Source of the DNA: Nitrospirales bacterium
GTDB lineage: Bacteria > Nitrospirota > Nitrospiria > Nitrospirales > UBA8639
Length of the DNA stretch: 64,000 nucleotides
Assembly: GCA_020027535.1 (NCBI GenBank)
Contig: JAHRAK010000002.1
Location: 4,646-68,645, forward strand
Direction: 5' to 3'
Shown: positions 9,789 through 21,282 of the stretch, piece after piece
Position numbering within the stretch: position 1 is the stretch's first letter
How the letters are laid out: each line of letters starts with the position of its first letter
The notes under the pieces: model-generated
Seen by the model: only the letters and a program-made list of their open reading frames with translations
Database searches by the model: none
What the model was told of the DNA's origin: nothing
Position numbers and translations under genes: made by a program

Positions 9789-10006
9789 CTACACGTCCAG
9801 ATTGTCGGCGAGGGCGGCGTTGGCCATGAGAAACTCGTACCGGGCTTCGGTGCGCTTGCCCATGAGTTCGGTGAAGGTGCGGTCGGTGTCGAGTTCATCC
9901 TGCAGCTCGACTTTGAGGAGCCGGCGCGTGGCGGGATCCAGCGTCGTCTCCTTGAGTTGTTGGGGAAACATTTCGCCGAGACCCTTGAACCGGCTGATGA
10001 CCGGCG
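9789..10006 (-). pseudogene. Orphan duplicate of the last 218 bp (72 codons plus stop) of the topoisomerase subunit-B gene
   Basis: Matches 11538-11755 with 3 mismatches, all synonymous. The 75-aa ORF 9789..10016 equals the C-terminal tail of the 668-aa ORF. Confidence 0.92.
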
Positions 10007-10321
10007 GGAGCCGCACCAGGCAGAGCAGGCGTCCACAGTGTCACAACTGGATTTGGGCTGAGCGCAAGAACTTTCCGTTTGTCTTCTGTCAGAGAGTGAC
10101 TTACTTTTTGATCATATTTCAGTATGCCTTTTCTCCTTGATGAAAGGGTCGAGAGGGGCACCGAACCACGCCGGGGAGATATCAGAAAGTCGCGAATCAT
10201 CTCAAGCGGCTCGTCCACCAAATGAACCTGTGGGGGAAAGAGGTGAGGATGTTCTTTCACGTGTCGCGAGTCGTTGAGTGTGATGGCGAGGTTTTATTCA
10301 TGCATCGTCGAGAGGTCCCGT

Positions 10322-10462
10322 CATGCTGACACCGGAAGACGAACACGCCATTCTCGCAGAAGTCCGTCTCTTACCCGACGAAATCCAACGTCAGTTCGTC
10401 TCATGGGTGCGGCTGTTGAATCGGTATTACGATCGACGGGCTGTGCCGCGTGGCCCCCACTA
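10322..10462 (+). CDS. Hypothetical small protein (46 aa) inside the duplication-bracketed cassette
   Basis: Own translation: MLTPEDEHAILAEVRLLPDEIQRQFVSWVRLLNRYYDRRAVPRGPH*. It is too short for the ORF track and has protein-like composition, but I recognise no homology. Confidence 0.3.
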
Positions 10463-10487
10463 AATCCGACCAGCCGTTAGGACCTTT

Positions 10488-10700
10488 TTGACAGAAGGGA
10501 TGACGGCAAAGGAAGCGTGGGAAAGGAGTTGCCCCATGGACTCTCACGTACATTTTTTACCCGTACAAGGCCCGGAGCTTGCCCTTGAAGTTCCCGGCGG
10601 TGTCATGGATGTCTCGGTCCGGGTGACGGTCCTCAATGCCGAAGACAGCGACAGACTGTTACACGCGTTAGCCGTCACCAGTGAGTGGGCCCTGAATTAA
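10488..10700 (+). CDS. Hypothetical protein (70 aa)
   Basis: ORF-track entry on the same strand as, and closely spaced with, the neighbouring small ORFs. No recognisable motif. Confidence 0.35.
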   Translation: MTEGMTAKEAWERSCPMDSHVHFLPVQGPELALEVPGGVMDVSVRVTVLNAEDSDRLLHALAVTSEWALN

Positions 10701-10806
10701 CCGGCCATGGCGGGCGGCCACAGAGGGGGTGAGGGAAGGAGAGAACGGCCTCACTTGAATGTCTCACCCTCCCCACCACGCCGTCGGCGTAAAGGAGGAT
10801 TGGTGA

Positions 10807-11310
10807 ATGAAACGGTACTACGTCTGTATGCACGCGCAAGACCACGGAGAGCATGAAGTCCACACGGCGGTTTGCCGGTGGATGCCGAAGACGGAGAGTC
10901 GCATTTATCTGGGCATCTTTAGTCACTGTTCCGCTGCCGTGGCGAACGCGCGTGTGCATTATGCGCACGTGACGGGGTGTCCGCATTGTTCGCCGGACGC
11001 GGCCACCCCACCGACCGAGTTTCCCCTTCCCCACCCGAGCCCGGGGCTGACGGAAGCCGAAGGCTTGGCCCAACTCCTCTGGACGTTGCAGGGCCGCGTC
11101 ACCGTCCTGCGGGAGATCATGAATGTCCTGCTGGACGCCTCACCCCAGAAAGACGCCGCGTTGACCACCCTGACGCATCTGCGCACGCTGGCCGAAGACC
11201 ACCTCGCCAGCAAGGAACACCACCCTGCCGCGACCGAGGCCGACACGTACTTCACCCTCGGGGAGCTTCAGATGATCACCGAACTCACAGACGTGGCCAC
11301 CCGTGAGTGA
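10807..11310 (+). CDS. Hypothetical Cys/His-rich protein (167 aa), with a probable N-terminal metal-binding module and a helical C-terminal half
   Basis: The N-terminus YYVCMHAQDHGEHEVHTAVCRWMP...YLGIFSHCSAAVANARVHYAHVTGCPHCS has four Cys and several His in a CxH...C...CxxC layout. GGAGGA lies upstream (10795-10800). Confidence 0.55.
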   Translation: MKRYYVCMHAQDHGEHEVHTAVCRWMPKTESRIYLGIFSHCSAAVANARVHYAHVTGCPHCSPDAATPPTEFPLPHPSPGLTEAEGLAQLLWTLQGRVTVLREIMNVLLDASPQKDAALTTLTHLRTLAEDHLASKEHHPAATEADTYFTLGELQMITELTDVATRE

Positions 11311-11432
11311 CGGCGACGAATGGCTGGTCTTGAGAAGTCAGTCTCCAGACAAATTGTGACTAAAGCATATAAATCCCAAGAGTAGCCATCTCATCAGGAA
11401 CACGTCGCGGGCCGCATGCTCACGGCCACGGC

Positions 11433-11470
11433 ACAAGAGAAAGGCAGCCATGGGGCTGCCTTTCTCTTGT
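11433..11470. terminator. Perfect 17-bp-stem hairpin (acaagagaaaggcagcc-atgg-ggctgcctttctcttgt)
   Basis: Read directly. It lies between the 167-aa ORF and the end of the topoisomerase-B gene. There is no U-tract, so its terminator function is uncertain. Confidence 0.35.
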
Positions 11471-11494
11471 CACGCCACATTCCCGCAGCAGGTC

Positions 11495-11520
11495 GGATTC
11501 GTAGGTCGGGTTAGCGCAGC
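11495..11520 (-). terminator. Hairpin GTCGGGTTA-N8-TAACCCGAC immediately downstream of the subunit-B stop
   Basis: 9-bp stem located 18 nt after the stop at 11538. The motif is of the widespread REP type and lacks a U-tract. Confidence 0.3.
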
Positions 11521-11537
11521 GTAACCCGACAGCGGGC

Positions 11538-13720
<2,183 letters not shown>

Positions 13721-13743
13721 TTTACCTCCATTTGTGGTCAATT

Positions 13744-13812
13744 ATGTATCACAAATGTATCTAAACTTCTCGTATTTGATGCAAATATGCACCATAATTG
13801 CGACTTATTCAA
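13744..13812 (-). promoter_or_regulatory. Candidate promoter (TTGAAT-17-CATATT) and operator-like direct repeats ATGTATC-N4-ATGTATC upstream of parD
   Basis: On the minus strand the -35 is at 13807-13812 and the -10 at 13784-13789. The 7-bp direct repeats at 13744-13750 and 13755-13761 are 11 bp apart, in an AT-rich spacer. Confidence 0.3.
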
Positions 13813-13981
13813 TAGGTCAGGCAGCGCACTGAATCAATACACCGCTCCTTCGAAATCAGACAGAATCGCTTTCGGCAGGGACCTGTCGCTGCCGCGTCTC
13901 ATGCTGCAAGGAAGGTAGCTGGATAAGATCCTGCTGGAACAACTACAGAGCGAGGCCGTACCATAGACGTTTATAAAGACA

Positions 13982-14013
13982 CTGGATTCCCGATTAAGAA
14001 TGTCGGGAATGAC
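13982..14013. repeat. Repeat family A unit (CTGGATTCCCGAT-N8-TCGGGAATGAC)
   Basis: The same 32-bp hairpin unit occurs at 20187-20313, 21283-21471, 33266-33379 and 38026-38234. Confidence 0.7.
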
Positions 14014-14069
14014 GGATAGGAGACTATGGTCAGGATGAGAACTCATGGTGGTCGTGAAGCCGGAGGATG

Positions 14070-16511
14070 TCAATTGCCGTTTTTGTGATTCTCCGTCTCG
14101 AGGACCGGCAGTTCGACGGGTAGGGCTTCGGCGCCTTTCAGGGTTCCGCGTTTGAACAGCGCGTGACCTTTTCCCCCGCGGGTGACGGGTTGATACTTCC
14201 TCATAGAAATGGTGAACGGGCCGCCGTCCTGTTTCAGGACGACCAGTTGGTCCTGCTTTCGGGACAACAGACGCATGGCCAGGACCTTGTCCTTGGGGTC
14301 GAGTTTGATGACCGTCACCCCGCGTCCCGGACCGGAGAGGACGCCCACTTCCCCGGCGTTGCACAGGAGCACGCGGCCTCGTTGAGAGGCGACTGCCAGG
14401 ACGGGTGTTGCCGCGGACGGGTCCAGGGTTTCGACGCTGATGACTTCTTCCTGGTCCCGGAGTTTCATGAATTTTCGACCGAGCCGGGTCGAGGGCTCCT
14501 TGAACGGACCCAGATCAAACCGCACGCCCATGCCGGCCGTTGACACGGCGATCCCTTGCCCGAGGGAAACGGGATCGGCTCCATCCCCCGTTGATGTGTC
14601 GAAGAGCGGGAGCGCCGGGGTCTTGGGTTGTGCGGCCGAGGCAGATGATCGGGGGGCCGGAGGGCCGCCACGTAGGGCGGCCCCTACAAGGGCCGCGATG
14701 ATGCGCTCTCCGTCTTTGAATTTGAACAGCTTTTGGGCGGGATCTCCATAGCCGCTTCGAGCCGGCGGCAGATCGCCGATGCGCATGGTGTAGGCACTAC
14801 CGAAATTCGAAAAGCACACGATGGTGTCCACCGTGCTGCCGATCAGGGCGGTCAGCAGGGTGTCGCCTTCCCGGAGCCGTGTTTTCGACAGGTCCTTGAC
14901 CATCCCGACGCGGCGAATCCACCCGTCCGTTGAAATCGTGACTACGGCGTCTTCTTTGACGATGTAGGCCTCCGGGTCGAATTCGACTTCTTCGCCCTGG
15001 CGACGCCCGACCCTGGTCCGTCGTCTGTTGCCGTAAGCCTTGGCGAGGTCCTGGAGTTCTTTTTTGACGGTGTTCCATAATCGCGTCTTCGAGGCGAGGA
15101 GGGTCTTGAGGTCGCGAGCCTGCTTCTTCTTGTCGGCAAGTTCGTCCAGCATTTTCTTGATTTCGGTGCGGGACAGTTTATAGATGGGCGTTTCCAGGAT
15201 CGCGTTGGTTTGGGCGTCGTCGAGCCGGAACTCGCGTTTCAGCTTTTCGGCGGAGTCCGCCTTGCCGTCGCTTTGGCGGATGATGGTGAGCACCCGGTCC
15301 AGTGCGTCAAAAATGATTTGAAAGCCCGAAAGGGTATGGATGCGTTGCTCCAGGATCCTCAGGTCGTAGGAGAATCGGCGCGTGACCGTTTCAAAGCGAA
15401 AGTCGATGAACTGTTCGAGGATTTCTTTCAGGCTCAGGCACCGGGGTCGCGTGGTCGTGGTGCCCGAAACCGGAATCAGACTCGTCAGGTTGACGGAAAA
15501 ATTATTCTGGAGCGGGGTGTTTTTGAACAGGTAAGCCATGGCCAGGTCGGCGTCGGCATCCTTCTGAAGCTCCAACACGATTTGGACGTCGGTCATGGAT
15601 TCGTCGCGGACGTCGACCAACTGCGGCACTTTTTTGGCAGCGATGAGTTCGCCGATGCGTTCGACAACCGTGGCTTTGTCCACGGCAAAGGGTATCGAGG
15701 TGATGATGATTTGGGATTTGCCGTGCGAGGGCGGGACCACGGTGAACTCCCCGCGCAAGCGTACCAACCCCTGGCCGGTTTCATAGATCTCACGAAGCTC
15801 GGTCCGGGTGTTCAGAATTTCCCCGCCGGTGGGGAAATCAGGACCTTTAATCGACTTCATGAGATCGGAAATCGTGCACGCCCGGTCGTCGATCAGGGCC
15901 ACGGCTCCGTTGATGACTTCCCCGAGATTGTGTGGCGGTATGTTGGTGGCCATGCCCACGGCAATGCCGGTGGACCCGTTGACCAACAGGTTGGGAAACG
16001 GGGCGGGCAGGACCAGCGGCTCTTCATCCTTGCCGTCGTAATTGGGCTGGAAGTCAACCGTGTCCTTGTTCAGTTCTTTCAGCAGTTCGATAGCGACCGG
16101 GGTGAGTTTGGCTTCGGTGTACCGGTAGGCCGCAGGCGGGTCGCCGTCCAGGCTGCCGAAGTTGCCGTGGCCGTCGACGAGGGGCGCGCGAAGGGACCAC
16201 CATTGCGCCATGCGAGCCATGGCGTCATAGACCGCGGAGTCGCCGTGGGGGTGCCATTCCCCAATCACCGACCCGACGACTTTTGCGCTTTTGATGGGTG
16301 GCCGGTCCGGCGACAACCGGTGGTTGTGAAACATGGAAAACAAAATGCGCCGATGGACCGGTTTCAGCCCGTCCCGCACGTCGGGCAGGGCGCGTGCGGT
16401 AATGACGGACAGTGCGTAGTTCAGGTACCGCTGGCGCGTGGTTTGGTCCAGCGGCACCGTGGTGATGGGTGCCGGGTTCTTGCTCGGCGTGCGTGTTTGC
16501 GATCGTGCCAT
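14070..16511 (-). CDS. Type IIA DNA topoisomerase subunit A (GyrA/ParC family; ParC-like C-terminal domain)
   Basis: Motifs seen: [44 protein letters not shown] and [10 protein letters not shown] (catalytic Tyr region). The C-terminal domain starts [14 protein letters not shown]... without a QRRGGKG GyrA-box. The ATG is at 16511 (TTG at 16514). Confidence 0.9.
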   Translation of the reverse strand: MARSQTRTPSKNPAPITTVPLDQTTRQRYLNYALSVITARALPDVRDGLKPVHRRILFSMFHNHRLSPDRPPIKSAKVVGSVIGEWHPHGDSAVYDAMARMAQWWSLRAPLVDGHGNFGSLDGDPPAAYRYTEAKLTPVAIELLKELNKDTVDFQPNYDGKDEEPLVLPAPFPNLLVNGSTGIAVGMATNIPPHNLGEVINGAVALIDDRACTISDLMKSIKGPDFPTGGEILNTRTELREIYETGQGLVRLRGEFTVVPPSHGKSQIIITSIPFAVDKATVVERIGELIAAKKVPQLVDVRDESMTDVQIVLELQKDADADLAMAYLFKNTPLQNNFSVNLTSLIPVSGTTTTRPRCLSLKEILEQFIDFRFETVTRRFSYDLRILEQRIHTLSGFQIIFDALDRVLTIIRQSDGKADSAEKLKREFRLDDAQTNAILETPIYKLSRTEIKKMLDELADKKKQARDLKTLLASKTRLWNTVKKELQDLAKAYGNRRRTRVGRRQGEEVEFDPEAYIVKEDAVVTISTDGWIRRVGMVKDLSKTRLREGDTLLTALIGSTVDTIVCFSNFGSAYTMRIGDLPPARSGYGDPAQKLFKFKDGERIIAALVGAALRGGPPAPRSSASAAQPKTPALPLFDTSTGDGADPVSLGQGIAVSTAGMGVRFDLGPFKEPSTRLGRKFMKLRDQEEVISVETLDPSAATPVLAVASQRGRVLLCNAGEVGVLSGPGRGVTVIKLDPKDKVLAMRLLSRKQDQLVVLKQDGGPFTISMRKYQPVTRGGKGHALFKRGTLKGAEALPVELPVLETENHKNGN

Positions 16512-16551
16512 CAATCGTCTTCCGGGCTCACGTCGGGTTGCTACGGCTATG

Positions 16552-16592
16552 CCCCCTCACCCCAACCCTCTCCCTCCAGGGGAGAGGGAGAG
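16552..16592. repeat. Palindromic repeat family C
   Basis: The sequence ccccctcaccccaaccctctccctccaggggagagggagag is near-identical in design to 46251-46290. Confidence 0.65.
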
Positions 16593-16613
16593 AACGGCTT
16601 GCGGGCTGCGTCC

Positions 16614-18065
16614 TCAAGGGGGTGGTGGCGGGCCCATACGGTTTGGAGGAGCCGGCGTTTGCGGACCCCGCATCCGGCCGGCGTCGTTCTTGCGAAGGGG
16701 ATCATCAAGAGGGTCGGTGATGCGGGATTGCACCCACCGGGGATCCCACCATTCCACGGGATTGATCTGGACTCCCTGAAGAAGCAGGCTGAAATGCAAA
16801 TGATCGCCCGCGGCCAAACCCGTCATGCCCGACCTTCCGATGATTTGCCCTTTGCTGACAACCTCCCCCTTTTCCGCGGCGAACGAGGAGAGATGGGCGT
16901 ACAACGATTGGAGCCCATAGCCGTGATCGATCACGATGGTATTTCCGTAAATGCCGAAATACTCCGCCATGACGACGGTTCCATCATTGGCTGCTTCCAC
17001 GGGGTAGTGTTTGGTGACGGCCAGGTCGAACCCCAAATGATATTGCGTGTCCACGACGTTTTCGCCATAGCGGTATTCGCGGTGATCGGCAAACGCCGCT
17101 TCCACCTGGGAGTTGGATAATTGGATGAAAGCCCCGTTCCACTGGAATTCGGGTTGGCTGCTCGTGGCCAGGGCCGTCAGGCGGTCAGCCGTCCGTTTGC
17201 GCAACACGTTGTTGATTTGCAGAAAATTTCGGAGCGGATCGTCCAGGTCTTCAAGCTCAGGGGTCTGGGCTATGATGGGACGAATGGTCTGCTCGATGAA
17301 GCGATCGGAAATTGTGATGGTTCGGGATCGCCATTGTCTGGGAAGGACGGTGACGTCGAGCCGCTGTTCCGCGTGATTGCCCAAGCCGTCGTCCGCCACG
17401 AGTATCACCGGAGTCGAGGCCGGGTCGTCATGAGGAAAGGCAAAGAGTGAGAACGCGCTGAAGGCCCGGTCGGGGTTGGGGTATCCCGGGAAAAAGGTTT
17501 CGCCGATCCGGACTCCGTATCGCCGGCCATCGTCGGAAACACGGTACACCACGATCCCCGCTCCTCCCTGCGAAACGGGCAGGGGGGACGACAAGACTTC
17601 CAGCCGTGGAGGAGTAAATTTCACGGCGACGTTCTGTTCGATCCTCGCCCAATTCCCTTCGAAGAATCCTCGCCAGGAATTATCCCGTGCCGTAATGACC
17701 AAGCTGACCTGTCCTCGACGTTTGGGGATGGTGTCGTCGCCAAAGGGGAGGATGTTAAGGTCGAAGGTGTCTTGGGCCCCGCCTCCAATGGAAAGGGGCG
17801 ACTGTGCGGAAAACTGTTCTTGCGCCAGGGTATAACTCTCGAGGTTCTGGACAAGGCGGACGGTCACTTCCTGGAGACCCGTTCCCGTATCCTCGACGTG
17901 GAGGATCAACGGGGTCGTGGGCCCGGCATGGGTGAAGGGCTCGACCAGCGTGATTTGAGGCGGAGTCCCGTCTCCCCATCGATAAAAGGCCGTCATGACC
18001 AGGTAAAAGGCCACGACGGCGAGTGCAATCGCGTAAAAGAGGGATTTTTTATTCACGGCTGACAC
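16614..18065 (-). CDS. M23/LytM-family peptidoglycan metalloendopeptidase with N-terminal membrane anchor
   Basis: Contains HLGFDLAV...GNTIVIDHGYGLQSLYAHLSS...GRSGMTGLAAGDHLHFSLLLQGVQINPVEWWD (HxxxD and HxH motifs). The N-terminus SLFYAIALAVVAFYLVMTAFY is a transmembrane helix. Confidence 0.9.
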   Translation of the reverse strand: MSAVNKKSLFYAIALAVVAFYLVMTAFYRWGDGTPPQITLVEPFTHAGPTTPLILHVEDTGTGLQEVTVRLVQNLESYTLAQEQFSAQSPLSIGGGAQDTFDLNILPFGDDTIPKRRGQVSLVITARDNSWRGFFEGNWARIEQNVAVKFTPPRLEVLSSPLPVSQGGAGIVVYRVSDDGRRYGVRIGETFFPGYPNPDRAFSAFSLFAFPHDDPASTPVILVADDGLGNHAEQRLDVTVLPRQWRSRTITISDRFIEQTIRPIIAQTPELEDLDDPLRNFLQINNVLRKRTADRLTALATSSQPEFQWNGAFIQLSNSQVEAAFADHREYRYGENVVDTQYHLGFDLAVTKHYPVEAANDGTVVMAEYFGIYGNTIVIDHGYGLQSLYAHLSSFAAEKGEVVSKGQIIGRSGMTGLAAGDHLHFSLLLQGVQINPVEWWDPRWVQSRITDPLDDPLRKNDAGRMRGPQTPAPPNRMGPPPPP

Positions 18066-18219
18066 GTCGAAGGGGGATAAACAAGATATAAGGGGAATAA
18101 CAAGTTACCATGATTCCGTCAACTAAACAAAGAAGAGGCAGGCGGGAATGGCAGGTGCGGCGGAGTTACCCAATATGTGTAGCTGCGCCATGTATTCGGA
18201 ACGGCACGGGGGCCGTCCC

Positions 18220-19443
18220 CTACGGGCTGGCCGGGGTGATTGTGTAGATGCCTCCCCCGTGATCCACGACGTACAGTTCGCCTTCTTCATCCTCACCGAA
18301 GGAAGAAATCCTGAATCCCGAGGCCAGAAGGTCGTGCGGTTGTCCGTCGATCAGGCCCATGATCCGGCCGCTGCAGTAATCTCCGAACACGTAGGTTCCC
18401 AGTAAGAAGTCCACGTGTGTCCCACGATACACGTATCCGCCCGTGACGGCGCAATGGGGCGATTGATTCCGGTATTCCGCCACGGGGAGCGTCAGGCCGG
18501 TCGTGACGCAGCCTTGTGAAGGCTGAAAACAATGGGTTCCTTCCATGACGCGCCAGCCATAGTTGTTCCCGGCTTCCACCACGTCGATTTCTTCCCAACG
18601 GTTTTGTCCCACGTCCGCGGCCCACAATTCGCCGGTCTGCCGGTCAAAAGAAAATCTCCAGGGATTCCGGAAACCCAGGGCAAAGATTTCCCGCCCACTT
18701 TGTTGCCCGGCAAAGGGGTTGTCGGGAGGGATGCCATACGGATCGCCCTGGTCAACGTCGATGCGTAACATCTTGCCAAGCAGGGTGTCCGGGTTTTGCC
18801 CCCGATTCCCCGGATCACCGCCTGCTCCGCCGTCTCCCGTGGCAATATACAGATACCCGTCAGGGCCGAAGGCCAGCATCCCGCCGTTATGATTCGAATA
18901 GGGTTGGGGAATGACCACCAGGGTTTTTTCGTTTCGGAGGGCGTGGTCGGGATTTGGTGAAACGTGAAATTCAGCAACAATCGTGGCCCCATCCGGTCTT
19001 CTTGTATAATTGACGAAGAACCGGCCGTTTTTCGCAAAGCCGGGGTGAAACGCCAATCCCAGCAGTCCCATTTCGCCGCCGAAGCTGACCCGGTCGGAGA
19101 TGTCCAGAAATGCCGAGGCTTGCAGGGCGCCGTTCCGGAGAATTCGGATTCTGCCCGGCTGTTCCACGATGAAGAGCCTGTGGCTCTGGTCACCCGCATG
19201 TCCGATGAATACCGGTTGGATGAGCCCCTGCGTGAGGACGGGCGCGAGGGCGATTGGTTCAGCGGAAGGCCGAGGGACTTGAGCCAACGCCCATGCCTGG
19301 TGCGCCGATAGACAGAATAAGAGGCTAACCACAAGAAGGGAACCAGGGGAAAAAAGCTGTCTTGTTCCTCCCCTTTGTAAGGGGAGGGAAGGTGGGGTAG
19401 AGCCAACCGTCGATGGATCAACGGGTTTCGTCGTGCCGGTCAT
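18220..19443 (-). CDS. PQQ-dependent sugar (glucose/sorbosone) dehydrogenase family beta-propeller protein
   Basis: Motifs seen: GLLGLAFHPGFAKNGRFFVNYT, HNGGMLAFGPDGYLYIATGDGG, LGKMLRIDVD, FALGFRNPWRFSFD and GQNRWEEIDVVEAGNNYGW. The start is uncertain because the region 19367-19482 is a repeat element. The signal-like segment is LLVVSLLFCLSAHQAWA. Confidence 0.85.
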   Translation of the reverse strand: MTGTTKPVDPSTVGSTPPSLPLQRGGTRQLFSPGSLLVVSLLFCLSAHQAWALAQVPRPSAEPIALAPVLTQGLIQPVFIGHAGDQSHRLFIVEQPGRIRILRNGALQASAFLDISDRVSFGGEMGLLGLAFHPGFAKNGRFFVNYTRRPDGATIVAEFHVSPNPDHALRNEKTLVVIPQPYSNHNGGMLAFGPDGYLYIATGDGGAGGDPGNRGQNPDTLLGKMLRIDVDQGDPYGIPPDNPFAGQQSGREIFALGFRNPWRFSFDRQTGELWAADVGQNRWEEIDVVEAGNNYGWRVMEGTHCFQPSQGCVTTGLTLPVAEYRNQSPHCAVTGGYVYRGTHVDFLLGTYVFGDYCSGRIMGLIDGQPHDLLASGFRISSFGEDEEGELYVVDHGGGIYTITPASP

Positions 19444-19482
19444 AGTCTCTACCTCCCCTCGCCCCTCCTTACAAAGGAGGGG
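19367..19482. repeat. Repeat family B element (two inverted arms: CCTCCCCTTTGTAAGGGGAGG..GGTGGGGTAGAG / CTCTACCTCCCC..CCCCTCCTTACAAAGGAGGGG)
   Basis: Arms read directly. Copies occur at 23359-23512, 27246-27389 and 42867-43013, with a solo arm at 42183-42218. Confidence 0.8.
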
Positions 19483-19571
19483 ATCAGAAGTGCAGTGCTC
19501 TACGCGTCTCGAGGATTGCACACCGTTTGCTGTCCTTGTTATAACTGAAGCGTACTTTTACGGGGCAAACC

Positions 19572-19766
19572 ATGATTCTCAAATTTGAAAATGATCCGTT
19601 GGATTCCGAACATGCCGGTGGGCATTATTATCACGTTTGTCAGGGACAGATCCAGGAGAAGGAATTGTCGATCCCTCCACCGGATCAACCATACGAATGC
19701 CCGGAATGTGGCATCGATCTTGAGACGGAAGATTTTTTTCTGGCCCAACAACGCGGCTGGTCCTGA
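19572..19766 (+). CDS. Hypothetical small protein (64 aa) with a CPECG knuckle
   Basis: ORF-track entry in a lower-GC spacer. Composition is acidic and protein-like, but there is no clear SD. Confidence 0.35.
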   Translation: MILKFENDPLDSEHAGGHYYHVCQGQIQEKELSIPPPDQPYECPECGIDLETEDFFLAQQRGWS

Positions 19767-19910
19767 CGGCTTGTGCGGTTGGGCGTTTCGTGCATTGAGG
19801 AAGGCGGCTGCCGTGATCGATATGATCATGACAGACTATGGAATCCTGCGAAGAGGTGTCGTATGACTGGGAGCAGCGGTCGAAAAACCGTGTCGGTGAT
19901 GCGTGGGGTC

Positions 19911-20072
19911 ATGATGTTATGTGATATCTGTTACCAGGACGTGCTCGATGAAAAATTGACCGACAACCGGAACTACGTCGAGAACCATGAGGCGCTGTTC
20001 GATGTCTTATGTCCGGGTTGTGAAGATATCAACCGCCCGTTGGTGGATGATATGTTAGGCAGTTCCGAGTAA
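19911..20072 (+). CDS. Hypothetical small zinc-ribbon-like protein (53 aa; CDIC...CPGC)
   Basis: MMLCDICYQDVLDEKLTDNRNYVENHEALFDVLCPGCEDINRPLVDDMLGSSE has two CxxC pairs. Alternative upstream starts exist at 19863 and 19773. Confidence 0.35.
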   Translation: MMLCDICYQDVLDEKLTDNRNYVENHEALFDVLCPGCEDINRPLVDDMLGSSE

Positions 20073-20186
20073 GAATTTTCTCGACCGGCTATGTATTGTG
20101 TGAATGAGGATTGCGACAGAGGAGAATCCGTGGGACGTATGAGTTGACCGTCATGGATATGGAAATAGCCAGCGCCACCCCGAATC

Positions 20187-20313
20187 TGTCATTCCCGCGC
20201 ATGCGGGAATCCAGAATCCGTATCCTCGCGAATGGAGGAAAAAGAAAAGACCCTGGATTCTATAGATCGCCTGGATCTCCGATCGAGTCGGGGACAAGCG
20301 TCGGGAATGACAG
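20187..20313. repeat. Repeat family A, MITE-like copy with inverted terminal hairpin units
   Basis: The left end is GTCATTCCCGCgcatGCGGGAATCCAG and the right end is CTGGATCTCCGATcgagTCGGGG..TCGGGAATGACAG. It accounts for the spurious N-terminal extension of ORF 20111. Confidence 0.75.
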
Positions 20314-20341
20314 ATTGGTGCTTTCATGCCCTGGTCTGCAG

Positions 20342-21268
20342 ATGGCCCTCCTCCTGTGCGTCCTGGGATTCCCGTCGGCCCTTCTGGCCGAACCCATGAT
20401 TCCGCCCGGGGCTCAGGCTTCTCCACCGGTCGTTTCCGCACAGCCGGCATATCCGATGGAAGAGGCTGCCACTCAATCTGCCGTGCCGCATTCGTCGGAT
20501 ACTCTGATCGCCCTGCCGTATTTTTCACCCGATGGTGATCCCGGCCGCCCGAGCGAGAAAAAGCCTTTCGGCAAATTCGACAAAGACGACGAAAAAATTC
20601 TCCTCATGGACGAAACCATCGTCGAGGGCACGTACGAAGATCCGTTTGCGACCGAGAGTGAACCGGTGCAGGATCCCTGGGAGCCGTTCAATTCGAGCAC
20701 CTTTACACTCAACTATAATATCGACCGCTATGCACTGAAGCCGGTGGCCAGGGTTTACTCGGTCGTCGTGGCGCCCGACGTTCAAGATTCTCTGGCTAAT
20801 GCGTTTGATAATCTGGGGTTTGTCTCACGATTTCTCAATAGCATCTTCCAGGGGAAACTCGATCGGGCCGGCATAGAAATGCAACGGTTTCTTCTGAATT
20901 CGACTCTCGGCGTGGGAGGGCTCTTCGACGTCGCCAAGTACATGTTCGGCATTGAAGCCCCGCCGGCGGAAGATACTGGTCAGACTTTTGCGACATATGG
21001 GATGGCTTCAGGGCCCTATCTGGTCCTGCCGTTGCTTCCTCCGATGACGGTTCGGGATGCGGTGGGATACGCCGGCGATATTTTTATGAACCCCGTCAAT
21101 TATTTTATCCCGTTCGGCCCGAACCTGGGTCTCAATGCCGGGGACCGTCTGAATGATCGCGCCATCAACCTCGAAACGTTCGAGGGGCTTGAAGAGTCCA
21201 CGATCGATCTGTACGGGGCCGTCCGGTCGGGGTATATGGATCGTCGGGCCAAAGACATTCAGGAGTAG
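20342..21268 (+). CDS. mlaA: MlaA/VacJ-family outer-membrane lipoprotein
   Basis: Matches the MlaA core: NIDRYALKPVARVYSVVVAPDVQDSLANAFDNLGFVSRFLNSIFQGK...LLNSTLGVGGLFDVA...GQTFATYGMASGPYLVLPLLPPMTVRDAVG. The start is uncertain (ATG 20342 or GTG 20318). Confidence 0.85.
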   Translation: MALLLCVLGFPSALLAEPMIPPGAQASPPVVSAQPAYPMEEAATQSAVPHSSDTLIALPYFSPDGDPGRPSEKKPFGKFDKDDEKILLMDETIVEGTYEDPFATESEPVQDPWEPFNSSTFTLNYNIDRYALKPVARVYSVVVAPDVQDSLANAFDNLGFVSRFLNSIFQGKLDRAGIEMQRFLLNSTLGVGGLFDVAKYMFGIEAPPAEDTGQTFATYGMASGPYLVLPLLPPMTVRDAVGYAGDIFMNPVNYFIPFGPNLGLNAGDRLNDRAINLETFEGLEESTIDLYGAVRSGYMDRRAKDIQE

Positions 21269-21282
21269 CCTCTCATTGTCAT

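Noticed and set aside
9895-10260. 121-aa minus-strand ORF entering the duplicated stub
   Set aside because: It reads the duplicated topoisomerase fragment in the wrong frame, so it is almost certainly non-coding. The segment 10040-10260 may hold a decayed gene fragment that I could not identify.
15210-17120. 636-aa plus-strand ORF
   Set aside because: It is antisense to the topoisomerase A-subunit and M23 peptidase genes, both of which have unambiguous motifs. The translation is featureless.
20111-20341. Long N-terminal extensions of several track ORFs (20111.., 30238.., 42667.., 43070 end of the rhodanese ORF, 39821.., 47643..)
   Set aside because: The extensions translate repeat elements or a tRNA (47643 runs through tRNA-Leu). 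Internal starts with SD sequences, signal peptides or family-typical N-termini fit better.
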